Of a stretch of DNA of 15,645 nt, positions 1 through 8,047 are shown piece after piece (the first letter of the stretch is position 1; each line of letters starts with the position of its first letter). Both the position numbers and the translations under genes were made by a program. Origin of the DNA: Methanobacterium sp. (GTDB taxonomy: Archaea > Methanobacteriota > Methanobacteria > Methanobacteriales > Methanobacteriaceae); contig PMWA01000084.1 in the NCBI GenBank assembly GCA_003166335.1, positions 1 to 15,645 on the forward strand, in the 5' to 3' direction. The notes under the pieces were generated by a model. The model did not search any database. It was given only the letters and a program-made list of their open reading frames with translations, and was not told where the DNA came from.

Positions 1-1
1 C

Positions 2-325
2 ATGGTGGAAATAATACGCCCAGAAACCACTGAAGCCGGTTATCTGGAGAAACTTATTTTAAAACCACAAGTTGCCGATTTATACGTGGTGGATAAAGGG
101 CAAGCTGAAATATTGGAGATAGAAGTAAAAAGCGATAAGATTATAGGTAAAACCATTAATGAATTGAGTCCTACCGACGATTACATCATATGTGGATACT
201 GCGAGAATAATGACGATAAAATTACTATATGTAAACCGGAAATGGTATTAAAATATGGGGATAAAATATCAATTCTGAGTAAAAGAGATTCTACTAAAAA
301 AGTTCTTGAAAAATTCACCGTATAA
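2..325 (+). CDS. trkA: TrkA-family K+ uptake regulatory subunit, C-terminal part (RCK_C domain); 5' end lies outside the window
   Basis: IIRPETTEAGYLEKLILKP (end of RCK_N) followed by AEILEIEVKSDKIIGKTINEL...MVLKYGDKISIL, typical of TrkA-C. Confidence 0.8.
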   Translation: MVEIIRPETTEAGYLEKLILKPQVADLYVVDKGQAEILEIEVKSDKIIGKTINELSPTDDYIICGYCENNDDKITICKPEMVLKYGDKISILSKRDSTKKVLEKFTV

Positions 326-353
326 AAATTTGATTTTAATCACTTTTTTCAAT

Positions 354-565
354 TTATTCTGAGTTTAATGCTTTATCATAGTAATGTTTTCTTTTTATCC
401 ATTTAAAACCTCATATTTGGTAATTGTAGCCACTTCAATGGGACCACCAATTTTATTATCACCCGGCGTGAATTTTGAATAGTTTGCTGCTGTTTCTACT
501 AGAAAAATTGCTAAGTCGATAGCGTCTTGAATGGGCATCACTCTATTTACCATGATATAAATCAT
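354..565 (-). pseudogene. Frameshifted C-terminal remnant of a proteasome-subunit-like (Ntn-hydrolase) gene
   Basis: Manual translation: MIYIMVNRVMPIQDAIDLAIFLVETAANYSKFTPGDNKIGGPIEVATITKYE. Restoring one base near 409-410 gives GFKWIKRKHYYDKALNSE* (stop 354-356); as written the frame stops at 395-397. Confidence 0.6.
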
Positions 566-755
566 GAATTTATGACAAAGTTAAGAATAAGAAAATTGAA
601 TAATGTATTAAATAGACTTAGAAAAGTAAAATAGAGTATTTTTTAATTAAATAATTTCCACTTCAGCTAAATATATGTTAAAAAAGAATGGTATTTGGAA
701 TAATTAAAAAAGAGTTGTAATATTAAATGTAATTAATCATTTGAAGTTTAGCTTT

Positions 756-2165
756 TCATGATAATTTTTTGTTATATGATGGTATGAATTGGGATATTAT
801 TATACCTATAATTAACATGATTGCTATGACGTAGAATGCGTTAGTTATGCCACCAATTAATTTCAAGACGGATAAAGCATTATAAGTGCCCATCAGTAAT
901 ATGAACCCTAATATTGCTGTTCCCATGGATGTGGATAGATTATTAAGAGTATTCATTACTGCTGATGCATCTGGTTGTTTATCTCGACTAATGTCAGTGA
1001 AGAGAAGGTTGGATGAGGAAGGGAAGATAATTCCCACTCCAAATCCAATTGAAGCCATTCCTAATACCATCTGTAATAGAGTAGTATGTGTACTGAAAGT
1101 ACTGATTAAGTAAATAGATCCTATTAAAGCTATTAAGAATCCAAAGGATATGATGTAGCGTGGTTGGAATCTTTTTGAAAGAAAACCCGTTGCATAAGCC
1201 ATTATAAACCTTGGTGCAGCCAATGCTGCAAATAAAAAGCCCGTGGTTAAGGCACTGAACCCTAATACTGTTTGCACAAATACAGGTACAATAAAAATAA
1301 TACCACCACTCATTAAACTAATTATAATTCTAGTCATATTACCTAAATCGAATCTATAATCTTGGAAGATTCTAACATCAACTAGAGGATGTTCACCATT
1401 CTTTATCCTATTTCTCTGGTTAAGATAGAATATAATAAGGAGAATAATCCCAGCTGTGATTAAATAAGGTGATAAATATTGAGTAGTAGGGTTGTTAAGA
1501 ACTATAAACCCATAAACGAATAAGAGTATTCCTATTGCTGAGTTTAAAGCGCCGACAATATTTATATCCTTCCAAGTCAATGTTTTAGGGAATGATAATA
1601 TTGATCTCGAGAATAACAGAATAACTAATACTATAATGAATTCTAGTCCAAATGCATAACGCCAGGTGAAGTAAGTAGTTAAAGAACCTCCGATAAAAGG
1701 CCCTAATACTGCAGCACCGGCTGACATTGAGCTGATTATGCCTAAAGCATAAGCTCTTCTCTCGCCTGAGTAACTACCTACCACTATAGATGATGCACTT
1801 ACCAGCATAAAGGCACCGCCGATACCCTCTAATATAGACCAGCCCAGAAGCAGCATCGTACTATTAATACTTAATGCAGCAATAAGAGTCCCAATACCAT
1901 AGATAACAGCACCCATAAGAAACGTTCTCTTACGACCGAAAACTTTCTGCAACTCACCGCTGAGGAGAGTTAAACTCGCTAAAACCAAGACATAAACAAC
2001 GATTATATCCTGAATAGTAGCAAAATTAGTATGCAAATCATGAACTAAAGTTGTAATTGCCACATTCAAAAAACTGATGTCGATAGATAAAATAAAAACA
2101 CCTAAAGAAACTAGTATTAAAGTCAACCAACCCACATTAGACACATTATCTGCCTTTTCATTCAT
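756..2165 (-). CDS. MFS transporter, DHA2 (EmrB/QacA-like) efflux family
   Basis: About 14 hydrophobic segments; IDISFLNVA (motif D1-like), GELQKVFGRKRTF (motif A), GPFIGG..TTYFTWRYAF (motif C/H region). Confidence 0.9.
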   Translation of the reverse strand: MNEKADNVSNVGWLTLILVSLGVFILSIDISFLNVAITTLVHDLHTNFATIQDIIVVYVLVLASLTLLSGELQKVFGRKRTFLMGAVIYGIGTLIAALSINSTMLLLGWSILEGIGGAFMLVSASSIVVGSYSGERRAYALGIISSMSAGAAVLGPFIGGSLTTYFTWRYAFGLEFIIVLVILLFSRSILSFPKTLTWKDINIVGALNSAIGILLFVYGFIVLNNPTTQYLSPYLITAGIILLIIFYLNQRNRIKNGEHPLVDVRIFQDYRFDLGNMTRIIISLMSGGIIFIVPVFVQTVLGFSALTTGFLFAALAAPRFIMAYATGFLSKRFQPRYIISFGFLIALIGSIYLISTFSTHTTLLQMVLGMASIGFGVGIIFPSSSNLLFTDISRDKQPDASAVMNTLNNLSTSMGTAILGFILLMGTYNALSVLKLIGGITNAFYVIAIMLIIGIIISQFIPSYNKKLS

Positions 2166-2301
2166 CTTATGACCCCTGAATTACTATCCTCTTTTTCATT
2201 TACTAATAACTGGGATATCATTGAAATGTTTTAAAACATCATTTTTTATACTCATATGCTGTTCATTCCCTGTTTTCTTATTTTATTTGAATTTCTTTTA
2301 A

Positions 2302-2835
2302 TTAGAGGGATTTTTTTATTTTTTCAAGTCTTTCCATAAAATTTTCTATTCGTTTCTCGTTGAGTGCTAGTTTTTCTTTCTTAATATCCTCCAGGAAAGA
2401 AATATAACTATCAATTTCATTTAATGCAGTTTCTATTGCTATTGCGCTACGATCTATAGGTTCAGTTAATGAGTGTTGTATTTGAGATCCTAATATTCTA
2501 TTAGTAGTCTCGTACCCTACTTCTGTTAACTCGTATATTCCGTCTTCTTTTTTTATTATTAGACCTTCCGCGACTAGTTTTTTAAGCATGGGGTATATTG
2601 AGCCGGGTGATGGTTTAAATGATGTAAGGGATTCATTTTTTTTCACTTGATTCCCTTGATACTTTTGATGAGGCTTTAATACTTGTTGAATTTGTTCACG
2701 ATGCCATTGAATGGATTCCGTTACTTCTGAACCAGTTTTTGGGCTATGCTCTAAGACATGTAATGTCATGAACCTCAAGCCCCCTAATTTATCTAATTCA
2801 TTTATTCTTCCACATATATCTTTCAAATTCCACAT
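2302..2835 (-). CDS. PadR-family transcriptional regulator
   Basis: KPSPGSIYPMLKKLVAEGLI...YELTEVG PadR signature. Start moved to the ATG at 2835 (MWNLKD) because GAGGT precedes it. Confidence 0.85.
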   Translation of the reverse strand: MWNLKDICGRINELDKLGGLRFMTLHVLEHSPKTGSEVTESIQWHREQIQQVLKPHQKYQGNQVKKNESLTSFKPSPGSIYPMLKKLVAEGLIIKKEDGIYELTEVGYETTNRILGSQIQHSLTEPIDRSAIAIETALNEIDSYISFLEDIKKEKLALNEKRIENFMERLEKIKKSL

Positions 2836-2942
2836 TGTACAATAACCTCGCATTGTTTAATCAATATATATCTATATTAATATTTTTTAAAAACAATTAG
2901 AAACGACTTATTTTAATATTAAATATAAGAAAATAGTATTTA

Positions 2943-2958
2943 AATATATCGATATCGA
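2943..2958. promoter_or_regulatory. Overlapping palindromes upstream of padR; putative autoregulatory operator
   Basis: ATATCGATAT (2946-2955) and TCGATATCGA (2949-2958); related ATATATCTATAT at ~2866-2877. Confidence 0.35.
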
Positions 2959-3345
2959 GTAATAGATGAAATAATTTAAAAAAAAATATTTGAAAATAAT
3001 GTTAATTTTACTTCACATACGAAACTATCAATATCTAAGAATAATCTTTTTATAAAATGGTAATATAATACTCTACCAGCTATCAAAAAATGACTAGTTT
3101 TTCATTATTTCCTTTAAATTAATGGATCTAATGGTATGTTTTATTTTATTATCTGAAATAATCAGAAAGAAAATCTGTTCTCATAAATATCATCTTTTTT
3201 CAATAGGTTTATAATTATCCAAAAAAAATTTCTATTTTATAATTTACTGGATATTTCAAAGATAGTCTTAGTTTTTTTATCCCAAATCAATCCAAATATT
3301 ACATCATTCATTATATAATTTGTATATGTCAACAAAATAAATACG

Positions 3346-3410
3346 TGATCTAATTTAGATCATATAAATTATGTGATCTAATTTATAATACATGATCTAA
3401 TTTGGATCAT
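3346..3410. promoter_or_regulatory. Cluster of TGATCTAATTT repeats/palindromes; putative operator array
   Basis: TGATCTAATTT at 3346, 3374 and 3393; perfect palindrome TGATCTAA-T-TTAGATCA (3346-3362); one-mismatch palindrome ATGATCTAA-T-TTGGATCAT (3392-3410). Confidence 0.55.
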
Positions 3411-3777
3411 AATTAGTATATTTAAAAATAAAAGAATCTAAATTAAGTTCTTGTTAAGTCAATTAATATATATATATATATAATTTTATTTTTAACTACA
3501 ATTCATTTGCTTACCTGTATTTATCCTCTGATGGTTGAGAATGGGTCAATTACCAAGGATGATAACGCCTGCAATGAATTTAATAGAACTTACATTACAG
3601 TGATTAGTCATTAAATCAAGGTTAAAATCCTTATTTTAGGCATTTGAATAATAAAATTTATACATAAATTTGAAATATTAGATTAAATTCTCAAATTATA
3701 AATTATACTATTATTTAAATTATTTTTACTAATTCTTTATGGGCTTAGCAACTAATATTTTACTTAGGGGATTTAGT

Positions 3778-4059
3778 GTGAGAAAGCTTTTATGGTGGTT
3801 GATTGCGGGCTCACCGGGTGGGCCGAATCGTGCTAGGATACTTATGGAGATTCATAATAGACCTAGCAATGCTCATCAGCTTTCTGAAAGGTTAAATTTG
3901 AATTATAAAACTGTACGTCATCATCTTAAGATTTTAGAGGATAATGGTATGATTGTATCTGCTGGGAAGAAGAGTGGGGTGAAATTATTTTTCCTATCGG
4001 ATGAAATGATTAAAAATTATGATATTTTCGATCGAATTAATAGTGAGCAAAATGAATGA
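3778..4059 (+). CDS. ArsR-like winged-helix transcriptional regulator (archaeal subfamily)
   Basis: RKLLWWLIAGSPGGPNRARIL...RPSNAHQLSERLNLNYKTVRHHLKILEDNGMI. GTG at 3778 after AGGGGA is a more likely start than the ATG at 3739. Confidence 0.85.
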   Translation: MRKLLWWLIAGSPGGPNRARILMEIHNRPSNAHQLSERLNLNYKTVRHHLKILEDNGMIVSAGKKSGVKLFFLSDEMIKNYDIFDRINSEQNE

Positions 4060-4306
4060 AATGGGAGCTAAAGAATAGTTATGATGAGAATGGATAAAAG
4101 TCTAGTGTTCAATTATTTGGATTAATCTCAATTTATAAAATTCACATATAATCATTGGTTAATCTCCCAAATTTTGCTGGAAAAGTAACTAAAAATCATG
4201 GGATAATTCCATAATAAAGTGGAAGATTCCTCTTTTCAGATGAGAATAGGCTTCCTAAATATTTGGATGATTCATAAAAGAAATAGTATATTTTAATAAA
4301 AAAAAA

Positions 4307-4348
4307 TGGGGCACGATTTGTGTACTATTTGTGCATAATTATTTAAAA
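4307..4348 (+). promoter_or_regulatory. Promoter copy 1: 11-bp tandem repeats abutting a TATA-like box
   Basis: TGGGG-CACGATTTGTG-TACTATTTGTG-CATAA-TTATTTAAAA, ending ~37 bp before the ATG at 4385; 37/42 identical to 4749-4790. Confidence 0.75.
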
Positions 4349-4384
4349 TATTATTTAGACAATTAAATTTAGGGTGAGCTTAAA

Positions 4385-4720
4385 ATGGTATTTGAGGGAT
4401 TTCAACAGAGTTATGTGCTAATATTGGCATTAATTTTTGGATTATTAAACATTTCATTAGTCTTATGGTTTCTTCAGACGTATGGGAAAGTTTATCAAAA
4501 AATACAAACTAGATTTACCTTGGGATTAATCATATATTTTACATATATTTTAATTCTTAATCTTTTTCTCATTTTAATTTTAGGTTTTGCATTAACACAC
4601 GTTCCTATTTTAGAATTGCAAACCACGGTACAAAATCTAACCATCCCTAATATCCTATTTGTAGTTAACTTAATCCAGTTACTTGCGCTAATCATCTTAT
4701 TTATAGTAATAAGGGAATAA
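4385..4720 (+). CDS. Small three-TM membrane protein
   Basis: Three hydrophobic helices with a basic loop YGKVYQKIQTRFTLGL; GGTGA RBS. Confidence 0.8.
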   Translation: MVFEGFQQSYVLILALIFGLLNISLVLWFLQTYGKVYQKIQTRFTLGLIIYFTYILILNLFLILILGFALTHVPILELQTTVQNLTIPNILFVVNLIQLLALIILFIVIRE

Positions 4721-4748
4721 TCTTCACTAAAAAAAATGTTTAGTAGAT

Positions 4749-4790
4749 TGGGGCATGGTTTGTGCACGATTTGTGCATAAATATTTAAAA
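4749..4790 (+). promoter_or_regulatory. Promoter copy 2: 11-bp tandem repeats abutting a TATA-like box
   Basis: TGGGG-CATGGTTTGTG-CACGATTTGTG-CATAA-ATATTTAAAA. Confidence 0.75.
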
Positions 4791-4929
4791 ATAATCGACT
4801 AAAAAATTAAATAAAGTTATGACGTGTTAAATTATTTACTTTGTTAAGAATTGACTCGCAAACCATGAATTAATGGTTCACCAGAAAAATTCACGTAATT
4901 GAAAAAGCAATATAAATGGAGTATTTAAA

Positions 4930-5124
4930 ATGAAATCAATTTGGAAAAATATCAAACATCGAAACCGATTAATCATAGCTATGATTTTTGCCATCATCCT
5001 CACAGTCTATTTAGATGTCACATATTTAAGATACATGTTCGTGGAACGATTAATCGTTAATGTATTAATATGGGTAGTTTTCATATCTATTTTCTGGATA
5101 TTGTATATAAACAAACGATTATAA
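4930..5124 (+). CDS. Small two-TM membrane protein (64 aa)
   Basis: GGAG RBS; basic N-terminus and two hydrophobic helices; T-tract at ~5143-5158 downstream. Confidence 0.7.
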   Translation: MKSIWKNIKHRNRLIIAMIFAIILTVYLDVTYLRYMFVERLIVNVLIWVVFISIFWILYINKRL

Positions 5125-5218
5125 TAGAGCTACCTTTACAATTCTTTAATTTTTTTTAGTCACTCTTTAAAGGTACCTTGAAATGGATATTTATAAAATA
5201 GTTAATGTTACATTTGCA

Positions 5219-5266
5219 TTAATACGCAATAATCCCAATAATATATAAAACGGTTTTTGACTTCAT
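5219..5266 (-). pseudogene. Possible N-terminal remnant of a membrane or secreted protein gene
   Basis: GAGGGGG RBS then MKSKTVLYIIGIIAY*, signal-anchor-like but ending after 15 aa. Confidence 0.3.
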
Positions 5267-5785
5267 ATTATATTTCCCCCTCATCATCATGCTCATGGAT
5301 ATTTTAACACAAATATTTTGTTTAATTAACTCTTTATATTCCTTTTATTCACTGTAAGAATTTATCCCGTTGCTTTAGCATAATTTGCAAAATTAGCCCC
5401 ACATTGAATTACAATGATAAAAATAATACCAATAGCATTTATAGTTTCAGTATCTGATGCTAATACTACAATATTTTCTATTTATTCTAAATTTACAGAT
5501 ATAAATATGTGAAAAAGTATGATATTTCAAATACTTTGTCTTTTAAAACGTTTATCTGGCATTATAGCTAGGTAGCTGCCTATGGTTGGATCTAAAATAT
5601 ACCCTGCACTTGCACTTATTAAATAGCTAAAATTTTTAAATTATTTAAATTTTAATTTTTATTTCCATAAACGCTTGAATTCTAAATTAAATAAAGAATT
5701 TTTTGAAAATATTTAATTATTATAAGTCTTGATATAAATCAGTATTAAATATGAAAAAATATTTTTTTTTAGGAGAGTTAATATT

Positions 5786-7406
5786 ATATCTGAATTAATT
5801 ACTGGTAGATCAAATTTACTGAAAGGGTATTCTGAATTTGTATCAATTTTAATCGCTTTAATTGGGATTCTAATTCTCATTGGATGGCAGTTTAATATTC
5901 AAATCTTATTAACCCCCGGGTCTGGATTTTCAACAATTAAATCCAATACGGGTTTAGCTTTTCTATTAATTGGATTTTCCCTTTGGTTTGTACAGACGAA
6001 AAGAATTAATATGCACAATCAACGGGTAGCACAGTTATTAGCTTTTATTGTAATGATGATTGGATTTCTAACTCTTATGGAATATGTTTTTAATTTAAAT
6101 TTTGGTATTGATCAGATACTTTTTAAAGAGGCTGTTGGAGCATTAAACACTTCGGCACCAAATAGAATGGCTTTAACTACTACAATAAACTTTATTTTAG
6201 CAGGATTATCCATTTTGCTATGGAATATCAAAACTCCTCGTGTTTACAGACCTACTCAGATTTTAGCAATTATTGGTGGGTTTATTTCGCTTATTGGATT
6301 CCTAGCGTATATTTATAATGTTTCGTTATTGTATCATATTCCCCAATTTACTGCAATATCAATCTATGCTACATTTACTTTTATTTTACTATTTACTGCG
6401 ATATTATTTTCACGTCCGGATACAGGAATTATGTCAATAATTAATACTGATCATATAAGTGGTGTTTTATCACGACGGTTTCTGCCTTTAATTATTTTTG
6501 TACCAATAATATTTGGATTAATATTGAATTATGGTGCAAGTATAGGTCTTTATAGTGAACAATTAGGAGCTATTTTGTTCCTTTTTTCTATAATTATATT
6601 CCTATCCATAATAGTTTGGATAACTACACTTTCCATTAAAAAAATTGATGATGATCGTAGATCATTGGAAATGGAATACCAGACATCTCTTGAAGAAAAA
6701 GTTAGTGATCGTACTAAAGAATTAGAACAATCTAATAAAGATTTACAGCAGTTTGCCTATGTAGCAGCTCATGATCTGAGAGAGCCATTACGTATGATCA
6801 GTAGCTTTTTACAGTTACTTGAACGTAAATATGATGATAAACTAGATGATGAAGCTAATGAATTCATTGAATTTGCCGTTACTGGAGCTCAGCGCTTGGA
6901 TTTTATGATCAATGATCTTCTAGAGTACTCTAGAGTAGTTAATAAAAAAAGAGAATTCAGCAAAGGTCAGTATTAATAAAGTTTTAGAACAGACTATTTT
7001 AAATTTAAAATCATCTATAGATGTTAATAATGCTGAAATAACGTACAATCAATTGCCTACAATAATCGGAGACGATCAGTTGATGATTCTACTATTTCAA
7101 AACCTAATAAGTAACTCAATCAAATATCGTAGTGAAGAAATACCTAAAATCAACATCTCAGCCGTTAAAGAATCCAATCAATACCTCTTTACAGTTAAGG
7201 ATAATGGAATTGGAATGTCCAAGGAACATTTGGGAAGAATATTTACTATCTTCCAACGACTTCACAACAAAGATGAGTATGAAGGAACAGGGATTGGACT
7301 TGCAATTGTACAAAAAATCGTACATCAACACGGTGGACAAATCTGGGCGGAATCAGAACTTGATAAAGGTTCAACTTTCTACTTTACTATTCCAAAAAAA
7401 TTATAA
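5786..7406 (+). pseudogene. Membrane-bound sensor histidine kinase (multi-TM + HisKA + HATPase) with an ATA start and a frameshift
   Basis: Frame of 6011-6976 is open back to ATA at 5786 behind AGGAG (5771-5775); H-box FAYVAAHDLREPLR; an extra A at ~6962-6964 breaks ...EFSK/VSINKVLEQTILNL...; N, G1 and G2 boxes lie in 7053-7406. Confidence 0.85.
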
Positions 7407-7454
7407 AGAGAATAATTTTCAAAATCTATAAAATAAAATTAAATATTTTTTTTA

Positions 7455-7871
7455 TTATTTTTTTATTTTATTCAATACTTGTTGTATACAGTTTGCTATT
7501 TTCTCGAATTCTTCCAATTCGGTTGATTTTAGTAAAATAGCGTCCACAAATTTAGCATACGGATTATTTTCTACATCTTGTGCGGAACCTGTCAGGATGA
7601 TGATGGGGATATTATTCAATTTATTATTTAGTTTTATATCCTTAAGAACATCTTTTCCATCTTTTTTAGGAAGATCCATATCTAATAAAATAAGATTCGG
7701 TCTGGGAATATCAGAATACTCCCCTTCGTGATGTAGCATTTGTACTGCTATTTCACCGTCTTTTGCATGATAAAGATTATTGGAGATTTTAAATTCGTTT
7801 AATATTTCTTTAATTAGACGTGCGTCACCAAGATTATCTTCTACTATTAAAATATTCTGTTTCATTTTCAT
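7455..7871 (-). CDS. Single-domain response regulator (Rcp1-like receiver)
   Basis: ILIVEDNLGD, RPNLILLDMDLPKKDG (phospho-Asp), IPIIILTGS, conserved Lys in LLKS. Confidence 0.9.
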   Translation of the reverse strand: MKMKQNILIVEDNLGDARLIKEILNEFKISNNLYHAKDGEIAVQMLHHEGEYSDIPRPNLILLDMDLPKKDGKDVLKDIKLNNKLNNIPIIILTGSAQDVENNPYAKFVDAILLKSTELEEFEKIANCIQQVLNKIKK

Positions 7872-8047
7872 CTTTTTAAAAAAATAATCATTTAATAATA
7901 TAAATATGTTTTAAATAATAATAGATATCACTTACAATAATAATTATGTATTTTTTTTTAAAAAATAATATATTTTTGCAACAAATTTAGTAAAAAGTAT
8001 CAGATTTTTTAGATTAAATTTAAAAAAAAAATATTATAAATAATTAT

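Noticed and set aside
886..1113. Alternative-frame or antisense ORFs (886-1113, 4495-4767, 7132-7431, 7158-7340, 8881-9072, 9106-9330, 10072-10293, 11011-11217, 11015-11212, 11368-11598, 11405-11617, 14345-14554)
   Set aside because: They overlap well-supported genes and show no recognisable motifs; shadow ORFs
2162..2256. Two 19-aa minus-strand ORFs between padR and the MFS gene, one ending in an ATGA overlap with the MFS start
   Set aside because: Too short and featureless to distinguish from chance
4160..4272. Possible hairpin GGAAG..CCT..AGG-CTTCC between arsR and the 3-TM gene
   Set aside because: Imperfect stem with no clear promoter; could be gene debris or chance
4855..4880. GCAAACCAT...ATGG resembling the c-di-GMP-I riboswitch P2
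   Set aside because: Lacks the GNRA loop and the following GACGCAAAG/P3 elements
5363..5625. Start-less minus-strand fragments (IENIVVLASD...KATG*, SYLISASAGYILDPTIG...QSI*)
   Set aside because: Probably decayed gene debris, but no family is recognisable
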